64,000 nt of DNA from the NCBI GenBank assembly GCA_039024555.1, contig JBCCQQ010000001.1, forward strand, positions 64,001 to 128,000. Direction: 5' to 3'. Both the position numbers and the translations under genes were made by a program. Position 1 is the first letter of the stretch, and every line of letters starts with the position of its first letter. The notes below the pieces were generated by a model. That model was not told the origin of the DNA. It saw nothing but the letters and a program-made list of their open reading frames with translations, and did no database searches. The DNA is from Cyanobacteria bacterium P01_D01_bin.156. Lineage in GTDB: Bacteria; Cyanobacteriota; Cyanobacteriia; Phormidesmidales; Phormidesmidaceae. Shown here in pieces: positions 1-10,752 of this stretch.

Positions 1-3000
1 CGTCGGAAACGCCATTGCCATCGATATCAGCATTCGATGTAGTTGTGAGCTGAAGACCCTCATCAATCAGGTTCATATCTGCATTAGCAGCAAAACCACT
101 AAATACAACAATCGAAATATCAACCTGCTCACCGAGTCCTAGCGAAGTCAGCTGTTCATTGAGTGTGATAAATCCTTCGATTTCCGCATCTAATCGGGTA
201 TCGGCTAGACCATCTCCATTGACATCGCCCAGAGGTGAGCCATCAAAGGCAAAATCAGCACTGCCAGAAACATCGATAACGAAGACCACATCAGGATCGC
301 CGCCCTGAATTAATTCAGTATCGCGAAAACCATTCGCATTCAAATCATTCCACTTTATTCCACGAATCTCCCCAGCGGCAGCACTGATGACTGGATCAAC
401 GACGGTAAAACTCTGAGTGTCCTTCCCACCGCGATCATCCGTTACTTCAACCGTAAACACATACTCTGGTTGTAATACTCCAGATGGAGTAAATGTGAGT
501 AAACCTGCCTCATCAATGTCTGTGTCCAGTGGCCCCTCAATAAGGGTATAAGCCAACTCATCCCCATCCGGGTCAGTCGCCTCTAGCTGATACGAATAAG
601 TAGACTGCTCACCTGCATCAAAGGTCGTCTCTGGTGTACTTGTAATCTCTGGAGCACCGTTGATGCCTTCACGGGTCAATAATTCCTGCGTCCATCCTTG
701 ATTGCCTGCTGTATCAATCGTTCTCACCGAGAAAGGAGCAGCCCCTGCTGAGGCCATTGCAGCATCAGTGACAACAAAATTTCCGTCCTCACCAGCAACA
801 ATCGTCTGCTGAGTATTATCAAAGGTAACGGATAGTCCGGGCTCTGTCTGACCTACTAGGGTGACAACACGTTCGGTTGTAATGCCATCTCCTACCGTGC
901 CAGTATCACTTTCAGGAGCCAGCTCAAAACTAATGGGTGGTGGTGTCCGATCTAACGTAAAAGTTACCACTGCCGGAATCGACGTTTGACCGATATCATT
1001 CGTAGCCTGGAGCGTCACTGTATATGCCCCATCAGGCATAGAGCCACTGGTTAAGCGTTCATACTGTTCAAGAGAAAGTGTAAAGCTGTTATCTTCCCCA
1101 TTGAGTGCATCAGAGATATCAATGAAGTTATTGCCGTCTACACGTCCCTCCAGTGTTGTGATCGGGCGCTCACTCACAATGTGCCCTATAACCGTTGGGT
1201 CAAATGTCAAACCATCGGCAGTGTCATCTCCTGTATCCTCTGCCAATTGGGCTGTTATTTCGGGAGGACTCGCATCAACACTTCCTAAAAAGACAAGATC
1301 ATACGTAAACTGATTCCTTTGAGGATTCTTAAAGCGGAGAGTAGCATTCTCAGTGTGCTCTCCTGGAGTGAGGGTACTACCGTTTATCGCATTAGAGAGG
1401 TCATAGTAAGGCAATCCATTAAGGGTCAGCCCATCTGCACCTAATACAGTTACCGTTGGGTCACTAATGTTCGTGACTGCCATAATTAATGGCGTGTCTA
1501 TGTCAGACTGCCCCGTATTGCGCACCGTAAAGTCTGCGAGTAATGTCTCAGTTTCTCCATTAAATGACGTGAGGCCATAGTCAACAACAAGGTTTGCAGA
1601 GACATCTTGAATGCCATCAAAAATCAATGATTCTGTGAGTTCTGCTGTTGACTGCTGTGTTGATGTGGGAGGTGTTACCGTTGAAGGCAGTACATCAGCT
1701 GCTAAGGTTTGAATATCCTTGATGCGGGCCTGTGTAGTGGTGTCCTCGTCGTTGTTGATGAGTCGTAGAATCAGGGTTGCCTCTGTCCCTGATACGATGC
1801 CTGCCAGATTAACGGTAATGGTTTGACCGTCCTGACTGACGCCATCTGCTAGTTGATGAGTTTCTCCTTCTGTCCAGTTAAAGAAGGCGTCTCGATTACC
1901 GGAAATAGTAGGAACCAGGGAATTCCCTTGACTATCGACTAGGGCTACCTCAAATGCATCATTAATGGCATCATCATCAGTCGTGTCGAAGGCGAGATTT
2001 GCGATCGTAAACTGGAGCGTTGATGATTGACCTGAAATGCTGATCGATGACCGATGACTGACCTCAAATTCGCTTCCCTCTGTCAGAATAATTTCACCCT
2101 CAACTTGCTGAGGTGCCTTGAGCGTGTAGCTGAAAATTAGGTCATCGTAGTCGCGATCTCCACCACTACCCAAATCCTCCCACGCCATCGTATTGGCATC
2201 GATAAAGTGGACATGACTCAGCCCATCGGGATTGGCACCTGGATATGAAAAGAAGGCGTGTGGTCCTTGGCCCAGGATATTATCTGGATTTTGAGTTAAA
2301 AATTCAGCAGTGGTTGCATTTTGAATAAGATACCAGCCAATAAACCGCTGTGCTTCAAAATTAGGAGTGGCAATAGTTCCTGCATCCTGACCTTGAGTAA
2401 ATACCACCTGTGAGCGAGTAGCATTTAAGGCAGCGAGGGCATAGCCAGGATCACCTGGATTCAGGTTGCCAATCCGACCTGTCTCGTCATCGACATAGAA
2501 AAAGCCCATTTCATTGAGGAAGCGGGCATTATGGCTGTGCAGTGTGATTTCGCTTGGGATGGTTTGACCGAGCACACCAGGGGTGTGTATCCCTGATTCA
2601 CTGACCGTGAAGACGACATCATTGAAGTCCTGATCGCCACCGCCAGTGATATCTTCCCACTTGAATTGCCATACCCCATCGCTGATTTCGCTGCTTCGAG
2701 TATGGTCAAAGCCATCAGGATTACCGGACGCCAGTGAAAAAAATGCAACGGGGCCGTTATCAATCAGATTGTCTGGATTTTGTGCCAGCCAATTGGCTTG
2801 GCTACTATTTTGAATCAGGTAAAACCCGAGCTGTGTGCCGCCCTGGAATTCGAGTTCTTTCCACGCCCCAGCAGACTCACCGCTGAAAAATAGGACATGG
2901 CGCTCAGCCTGCGTCAATACTGCCTGAGCATAGCCTGCCTCTCCTGGCTGAATACCATTGACACTACCTTGCACATCATCCAGTAAATAGACCCCAACCT

Positions 3001-3415
3001 CATTGTTGAAAGCCGCGTCACGTTCAGCCCATTGAAACCGGATGGACATAGATTCAGAGGTAGGACCAGCAATCTGTAGTGCGTCACTAAGGCCATCAAC
3101 TGCGGTAATGGCCTCTACCTCAGAAAATGTGGCATCACTTTGCAATAGCGCAGTATTTTCAGCTAATCGTGTAACGCTATCATCCGGTGTGCCAGGGGTA
3201 TGCTCTTCTTGCTCATATCCCTGCGATCTCGGATCGCTGATATCTGTAAACGGAAAGACAGTTGGAATAGATGAAGTATCCGGTTCGGATACAATCGCTG
3301 TACCTTGGGGTGAGCCGATTAGAGGTTGCTCAGCATCTGTAAATGGTTTTTGTAGGAGGGGAACTACAACAGGGGAGTCTTGAGTGACGTCAGGGAACAC
3401 AGTCACATTATCCAT
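1..3415 (-). CDS. Giant surface/secreted protein, 5' part (>1138 aa, runs off window): 2x DUF4114-like, Ig/cadherin-like, vWA
   Basis: Not in ORF track (no stop in window). Manual minus-strand translation from ATG 3415 (MDNVTVFPDVTQDSP; in-frame TAA just upstream) stays in one frame at the points checked. Motifs WEDITGGGDQDFNDVVF (~2610-2665), WEDLGSGGDRDYDDLIF (~2135-2185), APEITSTP..YQLEATDPDGD (~560-655), PDVVFVIDVSGS (vWA DxSxS, ~260-297). Confidence 0.85.
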   Translation of the reverse strand, partial: MDNVTVFPDVTQDSPVVVPLLQKPFTDAEQPLIGSPQGTAIVSEPDTSSIPTVFPFTDISDPRSQGYEQEEHTPGTPDDSVTRLAENTALLQSDATFSEVEAITAVDGLSDALQIAGPTSESMSIRFQWAERDAAFNNEVGVYLLDDVQGSVNGIQPGEAGYAQAVLTQAERHVLFFSGESAGAWKELEFQGGTQLGFYLIQNSSQANWLAQNPDNLIDNGPVAFFSLASGNPDGFDHTRSSEISDGVWQFKWEDITGGGDQDFNDVVFTVSESGIHTPGVLGQTIPSEITLHSHNARFLNEMGFFYVDDETGRIGNLNPGDPGYALAALNATRSQVVFTQGQDAGTIATPNFEAQRFIGWYLIQNATTAEFLTQNPDNILGQGPHAFFSYPGANPDGLSHVHFIDANTMAWEDLGSGGDRDYDDLIFSYTLKAPQQVEGEIILTEGSEFEVSHRSSISISGQSSTLQFTIANLAFDTTDDDAINDAFEVALVDSQGNSLVPTISGNRDAFFNWTEGETHQLADGVSQDGQTITVNLAGIVSGTEATLILRLINNDEDTTTQARIKDIQTLAADVLPSTVTPPTSTQQSTAELTESLIFDGIQDVSANLVVDYGLTSFNGETETLLADFTVRNTGQSDIDTPLIMAVTNISDPTVTVLGADGLTLNGLPYYDLSNAINGSTLTPGEHTENATLRFKNPQRNQFTYDLVFLGSVDASPPEITAQLAEDTGDDTADGLTFDPTVIGHIVSERPITTLEGRVDGNNFIDISDALNGEDNSFTLSLEQYERLTSGSMPDGAYTVTLQATNDIGQTSIPAVVTFTLDRTPPPISFELAPESDTGTVGDGITTERVVTLVGQTEPGLSVTFDNTQQTIVAGEDGNFVVTDAAMASAGAAPFSVRTIDTAGNQGWTQELLTREGINGAPEITSTPETTFDAGEQSTYSYQLEATDPDGDELAYTLIEGPLDTDIDEAGLLTFTPSGVLQPEYVFTVEVTDDRGGKDTQSFTVVDPVISAAAGEIRGIKWNDLNANGFRDTELIQGGDPDVVFVIDVSGSADFAFDGSPLGDVNGDGLADTRLDAEIEGFITLNEQLTSLGLGEQVDISIVVFSGFAANADMNLIDEGLQLTTTSNADIDGNGVSD

Positions 3416-3588
3416 AGTCAGACGAAGTCTGTAGAAGGCGTGGAACGTTTAACTGGCACCCTGGGCTCTAGCTACACTGAGAAAAACCTCGATTTACGAT
3501 CAAATACCCAATTTTTTTTGATACAACCGGATAAACGTAGTCATACTTAAGATTACTTTTGGGTTCTCAGCAGTAGCGCATGATTGGT

Positions 3589-3693
3589 TCACTCACTGCC
3601 CTTTGCCTGCTCGACAGCCAGCTGCAATCGCTCTTCTAGTAGTTCCTTTTGCGGAAGTTCGGTGAGGTATTCAGCAACGCGGATTTCACCTTT
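3589..3693 (-). pseudogene. 3' remnant of a YhcG/DUF1016-like gene
   Basis: Translates KGEIRVAEYLTELPQKELLEERLQLAVEQAKGSE*, resembling DUF1016 C-termini; ends next to the IS1 left end. Confidence 0.5.
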
Positions 3694-4226
3694 CTAAACT
3701 ATTGGATGTCCTACATCATTCCTGCCTGCCCAAGGTGTCACTCTGAATCGGTTAGTTTCAAGGGTCACACTCGTCATGGCAAACGAAATCACAAATGCCG
3801 AGATTGTGGCCGTCAGTTTGTTGTCCATCCTCAATGGTCACCATTATCCCAAGAGAACCGGGACCTGATTGACCGTCTTCTACTGGAACGACTGTCATTC
3901 GCAGGCATTGCGCGTGTGATGCAGCGTTCAGAAGGCTGTATTCAGCGCTATGTCAATCAGAAGGCTAAGACCGTGCCCACACAAGTAGAGGTCACCAATA
4001 AGCCCAAAAAGCCGCTAACGCTCCAAATGGATGAATTGTGGTCCTTTGTCGATGACAAAGGCAATGAACAATGGGTTTGGTTGGCGTTGGATGTCGACAC
4101 TCGTGAGATTGTCGGTGTCTATATCGGTGACCGCAGTGGTGAGTCAGCTCAGGCCGTATGGAATCGTTACCTGCCGTGTATCGTCAATGTGCGGTGATTT
4201 ACACGGATCGCTTAAGTTCCTATTCT

Positions 4227-5410
4227 GGAGTGCATCCCAAATATGTAATGAGCATAAATGCTTAAGCTCATATAAGCAGAGTAGCGATAAGCTTTGAGCA
4301 GTTTACAGAAGGATAGCCCTGGACATGGATGCCTCTAAAGAAGCGCGATTCAAAGCCCTGACTGAAGAGCTAGCCGCATTACTCTACGAGGAGACGGATC
4401 CTGAGCAAGTCAAGACCCTCGCAGGCATCGAAGAAGCGATTCGAGATCACCTGTTAGAGCGTGTGGGTCCAGAGCTTGGAAATTTTTTATTGCAACAAGC
4501 AGCGGCACGACAAATGGGCGAAAACGGAGTCTCCAAAGCATTGTCGGACAATTGAGTATCAGCGAGAAACAAGGGACGTATTTAGGTGTTAAACCGTACA
4601 GTCGTTGGAGCCCCTACCTTGAGAAGTGCTGTCTTCTAGTGAGTGCGAACGAATCCTATCAGCGGGCCGCTGAAGATATTGCCGTGCTGACTGGAGTGCG
4701 CGTTTCAGGGAGCACGCAACAGCGACTGGTCCACCGTCAAGCCTTTGAACCAGAGCCCGTTGACGTTGGCGTCAAGGAGATGAGTATTGACGGCGGCAAA
4801 GTACGTCTGCGAACACCGCTCGGTCAACCCAGTGAGTGGCGTGACTACAAAGGCGTCAACCTACATCAGTGTGCTGTCAGCGCCTTCTTCCGAGCGAACG
4901 ACACGTTGGTGAATTGGCTAAACCAACAACCCTTGGCCTCGCCGTTAGTCTGCTTGGGGGATGGGCATGACGGTATCTGGAATCTGTTTGAGCAGATTGA
5001 TGGGTCACTTGAACGGCTGGAGATTTTAGACTGGTACCACCTGGTCGAAAATTTAGGCAAGGTGGGCGGTTCGCAGCAGCGGCTTGATGCCGTAGAAGCC
5101 AGGTTATGGCAAGGGGATGTGGATGGAGCCGTCAGGCTGTTTGATGACTGGTCCCATGAGCGGGTTGAGCGGTTCATCGCTTATCTCTCCGAACATCGGC
5201 ATCGGATTGTCAACTACAGTTACTACCAAGCAGAAGGTATTTCGATTGGGTCCGGTGAGATTGAGTCATCGATTAAACAGATTGGCAGACGCGTTAAAAT
5301 CTCGGGTGCTCAGTGGAATCCAGACAATGTACAACAAGTACTGCTGCATCGGTGTGCTTATCTCAATGGGATGTTCTCAACCTAAAATCTGCAAAACTGG
5401 GATGCACTCC
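4227..5410 (+). mobile_element. ISKra4-family IS, apparently intact (1184 bp)
   Basis: Perfect 13-bp terminal IRs GGAGTGCATCCCA/TGGGATGCACTCC; 6-bp target duplication TATTCT at 4221-4226 and 5411-5416. Confidence 0.9.
4325..5385 (+). CDS. ISKra4-family transposase (orfA 4325-4555, orfB to 5385; probable -1 frameshift)
   Basis: Motifs SIDGGKVRLR, CLGDGHDGIW, ILDWYHL, IGSGEIES; T-run AATTTTTTA at ~4481-4489 links to the -1 frame FFIATSSGTTNGRKR. Confidence 0.85.
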
Positions 5411-5666
5411 TATTCTGTAGCCTTACTCAGCAACCATCATCGTCCTGTGGATAAGGATAGCGGTCAGACCAGTTATATTGAGCGATTTAACAACACCCTA
5501 CGGCAGCGCGTTTCTCGATTGGTGCGTAAAACGTTATCTTGCTCGAAAAAGTTGGCAAATCACATAGCCGCAATTTGGTATTTCATTCATCACTACAACG
5601 ATCAGTTACGACTCAAACAAAAACACCTTGCTTCTTTTTATCCATCCTTTCCTTAATAGGACTACC

Positions 5667-6040
5667 CTCGACGAGTCCACAAGGCGCTGTCAATGTCATA
5701 GTCGTCTGCAAAATCATCCCGAATCGCAGCCTTCACTTTCGTTTCTAACGCCTCACTTAGTGTTCGTCCTGAGCCGACTTGACGACCTCGGTCGCGTTGA
5801 CACAACGCGGCGTTTCCTCGCTGCTTGTACTGTCGATACCATTTGGTCACGGTATTCGGATTGCCCCCGAGATAGGCGCTAATATTCTTGCCCCGCTGGC
5901 CCTCTTTGCGAAGCAGGATTGCATGTTGACGAAGGTAATTTTGAGTCTCCATCGATAGATGACGACCATCCGAATGCTGCATGAAGACTGTTGCTCGATT
6001 ACACCTCTATTGTCATCCTTATTTCATGGCTGGGGTGATA
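5667..6040 (-). mobile_element. IS630-family remnant (N-terminal HTH, ORF 5662-5982), truncated at the IS1 right end
   Basis: MQHSDGRHLSMETQNYLR..GRTLS..ALWTRR HTH without DDE domain; terminal TATCACCCCAGCCATGAAATA. Confidence 0.7.
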
Positions 6041-6170
6041 GATAAACCTGTTTTAGTCTTGTGCTACAACGTTGCCTTTGCATCAATGCTACGACAAAAG
6101 CTTCATGCAGAGGAAATTTCTAAGCAGGTCATAGTTCATAACATCCATAAATAGTGGAATGATACGCTCT
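6041..6170 (+). pseudogene. Fragment of an SF1/UvrD-like helicase (motif Ia region)
   Basis: DKPVLVLCYNVAFASMLRQKLH..VIVHNIHK* followed by stops; begins at the IS630 end. Confidence 0.45.
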
Positions 6171-6679
6171 GAAACTAGAAACAACCAAAGCCTAGCGGCA
6201 CCCAGTTTTTCGAAAGTACAAGTATAGCCCATGCTTAAGAGTGTGACACTAGTTAGACAATACTGCTCCCAAAACGACTGACCGCATTTACTTGGTGATC
6301 AAAAGAGAATTGAAGATAGTCCAATTCATAAAGTGTAATATTTAAGATGCAATATGGAAAGGTATGCCTATTTTTTAAGGAGTATGTTCATATTGGTCAA
6401 AAAGACTACTCATACTTTAGATTATCGAGACTAGTATTACCCCTTTGGGTACTGTACAAAATCGAATTTCCTTGCAAAATATCGTTAGTGGAATCATCCA
6501 AAATCATGATTGGTACATAACTAGAGATCAAATTCGTAATTTTCTATTATTCTTTAATCGTTTGATTCAGAACTCTTAAATATTTTTTAATCGTCCATTC
6601 AGTCTGATTACATTCTGAGAATTCTTATGCTGTTAGAAGGAGCCCCCCCCTAAAGAATTAGCATTAGTGGTTGGACAGT

Positions 6680-6773
6680 TATAGCGATTTTAGCCCTGGT
6701 GAAGTACATCAGATGCACCTATTGAATGGCTTGAGCTTTGAGTTCGTGCCTCACTGGATAGGAAAACGCTGTA
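6680..6773. mobile_element. MITE-like element with IS630-type ends (94 bp)
   Basis: Imperfect terminal IRs TATAGCGATTTT..GTGAAGTAC and GTGCCTCAC..AAAACGCTGTA; resemble the IS630 end at 10960-10987 (GGGAAACGCTATA). Confidence 0.55.
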
Positions 6774-6869
6774 TATGATTTGCTGACAGAGTGACAAGTA
6801 GATTGTAAACCAGTTTCAGCTGACTAGCAGAAGAGCTAAACATAAAGTTCTACCAATAATGGAACAGCA

Positions 6870-7110
6870 GTTTTCTTGACCAGCTAAACGTGCTTTTCAA
6901 AGCTCAGACTTGTTACCTCGTGATAAGAAAAGATCAATTCGAAGTATTGAAGCAAGTAAAGATGAAATTCAATTTGAAGAACCAGACAAAGACTCTGTGT
7001 CTGAGATTTTGAAAAACTACTAATGTCCTGAAAAAAGCTAGTGAGACAGTACAAGTTATAATAAATCTTTGACACAAATAAAGCCGATTTGAGAAATCAG
7101 TAACTTATAG
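6870..7110 (+). pseudogene. Decayed small helical protein upstream of the NACHT gene
   Basis: Frameshifted pieces LDQLNVLF / SSDLLPRDKKRSIRSIEASKDEIQFEEPDKDSVSEILK / TTNVLKKASETV, recalled as similar to small cyanobacterial EPDKD-motif proteins. Confidence 0.4.
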
Positions 7111-7151
7111 TTGGGTATAGCCTATAGCTTTTTAGTTTGAAAAAATAGAAA

Positions 7152-9422
7152 ATGGTCAATCAACACCCTCAAGAATCTAATCAAGAGATAAACATTGTAG
7201 ATAGCTCTCTTGAAAAAGTTCAAATTGGTGGTCAGGCAAATAGAGACCTTTATCTTAATCAGATCCAGGGAGATGTAATAAATCTAAGTGTTATTGACCA
7301 TATCTCAGCGTGTGTAGGATTTGGGCAACAGTCTTCACATGAACTGAAAACATTAACCTATACGGCGTATCGCCAACGTAGAGTGTTACTTAACAAAGTA
7401 AAGCTTTTTTGGATTAAGGGGGTGTTGGAAAAGGCTCTACATCATCCGTCAATAATTGAATTAGCGTTAACAAGAGAGACAGACGCCGTACAGCATCCAT
7501 TTGATGGTATAGATGAGTTTTCAGATCAATCTAAAAAGAAAATTCGTCAAGACACTGAGATAATAGATATTTTTGAAAATATGGGGACAGGGCGCACCTT
7601 ATTACTTCTTGGTGAACCAGGCTCTGGCAAAACAACAACTCTTCTAAAATTAACTCGCACTTTAATTAATCGCATCGAAGATAATTTGAGTCAACCGATA
7701 CCGGTCGTATTTAATCTCTCAAGCTGGGTTAATAATAAGCTCTTTTCTGATTGGTTAATTGAAGAACTCTATAGTAAATATCAAATACCTAAAAACCTTG
7801 GCCATCAGTGGATTGAGAATCAAGACTTAATATTAATGTTAGATGGCTTGGATGAAGTTAAAAATAGCCTTCGAAATGAATGTGTACAAGAGTTAAATGA
7901 ATTCATTCAAACACATGGCATGACAGAAATTGTAGTATGCTGTCGCCTTGCAGAATATAAGAAAATTTCTAACAAATTGAGACTGCATGGAGCAATTTGT
8001 CTTCAACCACTAACTTGCACTCAAGTAATGCAATACCTGAGTCAGAAGGGAGATAAGTTAAAAGCCGTCAAAGATCTTTTGCAAAAAGATACAGAATTGC
8101 AAGACTTTGCCCGAAATCCTTTAATATTAAATATAATCAGTCTTGCTTATCAAGATCAATCGGTTGAAGATATAGAGCAGACTAGATCAATGGTTGAACT
8201 TCGTGAGTTGATCTTCAGAAAATATATCAACAGAGTTATTAACCGAAAGCTTCATAAACAAAAATATGCTGAATGTGATAGTCTCTTTTGGCTGACTTGG
8301 TTAGCAAAAAAAATGAAAGAAGAGTCTAAAACAATTTTTTTTGTTGAGGAACTTCAACCCACAGTCCTAAATAACAACCAAAAGAACACTTATAAGATAT
8401 TTAGCCAAACTACATTAATAACAATATATGCATTACTCTTTTTGCCTTCAGTGATTTTCATTGATTTTCTTATATTACATAATTCCACTCGTCTCTTTCA
8501 AGGAATACTAGGTGATGCAGTCATAGCTCTTATACTAGGCATAATCAGTAGTTCGTCAGTAGAAGAGATACGCCTTGTAGAAAAGATAGATTTTTCCTGG
8601 AGCAGAGCATTAAAGGGGATGTTGTTCTACGGCTTAATATTAGGCCCGACAATAGGAACTTTTTATGATTTACTCACTCGCGGAATCATATTCAAATTCC
8701 GAAAAGCTATTAGATTTATTGATAAAGTAAGACAATATACAGCGTTAATCGGAGCATTTATAGGATTTATATCAGGTGTTATTACTAGTACATATAATTC
8801 TGTCTATTATGCTTGGGATTTAACGAGCCTTATGCATAATATAATTCAGATTTTATTGTCTATAGTAACTATAATTTCAGCAAGCATAGTTGGGCTTTTG
8901 TCAGGCTATGCATTGTTATCTTTTGGTTGGCTATTAACATTGATTTGGTTCTTAGCCTATGTCTTTTCTGGTACAGTAGCAGGAGCAGTTGAAGGTATTA
9001 AATGTGGATTAAGTGTATCAAAGATAAAGACAAAGACTTATCCAAATGAAGGATTAATAGAGTCAGTTAAAAACTCTCTTATGATAGGTTTGGTCGTGGG
9101 ATTAATATCGGCTGTTATCATATACCCAGTAGTAAAGGTTGTTGCCAATGCAATACTAGTAAGTATATTTATTGGTACATCTTTAGGCTTACTTACCTTA
9201 TTTATCTTTGGTGGCCAAGCCTTTTCTAAATATTTTTTGCTGCGTGTTTTTCTATATCATAAAGGATTAGTTCCATGGCATTATTCTGATTTTCTTGATT
9301 ATGCTTCTGAACGCATTATTCTGCAAAAGGTGGGTGGGGGCTATATCTTTATTCATCGAATGTTACTAGAATATTTTACGGAAATAGAGATGGCGAAAAA
9401 ACCTTCGCCTAAGTATTTCTAG
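7152..9422 (+). CDS. NACHT (STAND) NTPase with multi-pass C-terminal membrane region
   Basis: Walker A GEPGSGKTT, Walker B LMLDGLDEV, IPVVFNLSSW, NPLIL, C-terminal LQKVGGGYIFIHRML; hydrophobic segments; AT-rich. Confidence 0.9.
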   Translation: MVNQHPQESNQEINIVDSSLEKVQIGGQANRDLYLNQIQGDVINLSVIDHISACVGFGQQSSHELKTLTYTAYRQRRVLLNKVKLFWIKGVLEKALHHPSIIELALTRETDAVQHPFDGIDEFSDQSKKKIRQDTEIIDIFENMGTGRTLLLLGEPGSGKTTTLLKLTRTLINRIEDNLSQPIPVVFNLSSWVNNKLFSDWLIEELYSKYQIPKNLGHQWIENQDLILMLDGLDEVKNSLRNECVQELNEFIQTHGMTEIVVCCRLAEYKKISNKLRLHGAICLQPLTCTQVMQYLSQKGDKLKAVKDLLQKDTELQDFARNPLILNIISLAYQDQSVEDIEQTRSMVELRELIFRKYINRVINRKLHKQKYAECDSLFWLTWLAKKMKEESKTIFFVEELQPTVLNNNQKNTYKIFSQTTLITIYALLFLPSVIFIDFLILHNSTRLFQGILGDAVIALILGIISSSSVEEIRLVEKIDFSWSRALKGMLFYGLILGPTIGTFYDLLTRGIIFKFRKAIRFIDKVRQYTALIGAFIGFISGVITSTYNSVYYAWDLTSLMHNIIQILLSIVTIISASIVGLLSGYALLSFGWLLTLIWFLAYVFSGTVAGAVEGIKCGLSVSKIKTKTYPNEGLIESVKNSLMIGLVVGLISAVIIYPVVKVVANAILVSIFIGTSLGLLTLFIFGGQAFSKYFLLRVFLYHKGLVPWHYSDFLDYASERIILQKVGGGYIFIHRMLLEYFTEIEMAKKPSPKYF

Positions 9423-9447
9423 AGTTAGAGGTTTGCTGGGTACGGAC

Positions 9448-10752
9448 CTTGGTGATGCAGAAAACTCTGTAGAGTCTCAAGATGAGAATACTGTGACTTT
9501 TGAGAATTCAATACGAGAGTCTAATCGATCTCGTTTTCGTTGAGACGCGCTAGCAGGAATCGGATTGAGCTTGGGTAATCCCTGTAGTGTTGGTAAAGGT
9601 AAACGCAGACAACAGAGTCTGGCGAGTTCTCGGAGCCCGAGCTGCAGAAAACTCAGTCCTCGTTGGCCATGCCAATCGAGACGCGAGCGCTGCCTCGCTT
9701 GAACGACCATCATTCCGAGGACAACGGCAAGTAACGAGGCACAGTCGAGGAGCATAAATAGGCAGGTGAGTGCGGTAGAGTTGCGTAAGCCAGAACGTAG
9801 GACGTCAAAGGTCGCAGATTTGTAATCTTTGAAGTGTGGTTCAATGCCCCCAAAGCGTTTCCCATACATGGCAAAGGTTTGTAAGGAAGGTGATTAGTTT
9901 GATAAAACAGCCCACGCCTCTCCGGCAAGAGGTACATTAGCCGTGGCAAGATGCCCCTTGATATCATCGAGAACGGTCACGTCATGGAATAGGTAAGCCT
10001 GCTGATCCGGGGGTAGGAGATGCTCAACGGATATGGGCATTCCTGTTGTCAGAGTCACCTGCAAATCAGATTTAACCCGAATCGCCCAGTCCCACTTTTG
10101 GTGTTGCAACCAACGTAGCAAGGCTCCATGCTGAAAGCCTCTGTCAGCTAGAAATGTGATACTACAGTTCGATGGCAAAACAGCTCTAGCACGCTCTAAA
10201 ACAGGCTGATAATCGTCAAAACCAACCGTTGCACTGCCATGCTCTAAAACAACTTGGGCTAAGGTCAGAGACCGTCCACCCCAGGCAAGGCACACTTCAA
10301 TCAGACAAAACTCATCCCACAACATACTGGTATCGAGCACCAATGTCAGAGCACTCCCGGCAAATGCCTTCAGAACCTGACGGAGAAGAGGAGCATAGAA
10401 TCGTTCAGCATTGATGTGCTCATTGTGGACCAAATAACTCAGACGTTCCAAGTGACCACGCGCCTGACAGGTCCGATGGCTCAGATACGGAATCCATTTC
10501 CCCATCGATGCACTTTGGGATTGTAGAATGGCCGAAACAGCCTCTGCAACGCCTTGGAGATGACGTTGGTCTTTAGGATTCACCCATTGACGCAATTGCA
10601 TTTGAAGTTGACGATACAGGAGAGGTGTTTCCATGAGACGGACTGTGAGTTGGGGAACTTCAGCCTCTCACGAAATGCCTCTTCCACACGGCCTTGTCTC
10701 AAATAAGACTCCAGATATAGAGAGACTTTCAAGACTTTTCTGCATCACTAAG
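9448..10752 (-). mobile_element. IS4-family IS (1305 bp)
   Basis: 17-bp IRs CTTGGTGATGCAGAAAA / TTTTCTGCATCACTAAG (1 mismatch); 10-bp duplication GGGTACGGAC at 9438-9447 and 10753-10762. Confidence 0.9.
9477..10634 (-). pseudogene. IS4-family transposase with in-frame nonsense codon at 9894-9896
   Basis: ORFs 9894-10634 and 9477-9869 share a frame; motifs LVLDTS, FLADRGF, YGKRFGGIEPHFKDYKS (YREK). Confidence 0.85.

Larger units (their letters stand above)
3706..5656 (+). pseudogene. IS1 InsAB transposase pseudogene
   Basis: Frameshift near 4160. The shifted frame (LPAVYRQCAVIYTDRLSSYS) resumes after the ISKra4 insertion as VALLSNHHRPVDKDSGQTSYIERFNN. Confidence 0.85.
3704..5666 (+). mobile_element. 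IS1-family element, inactivated and interrupted by an ISKra4-family IS
   Basis: Zn ribbon CPRC..CRDC, InsB motifs DELWSFV and YIERFNNTLRQR; imperfect ends GGATGTCCTA (3704) and TAGGACTACC (ends 5666). Confidence 0.8.

Noticed and set aside
1101..3383. Short track ORFs (1101, 2461, 2914, 3042)
   Set aside because: Shadow frames of the giant minus-strand ORF.
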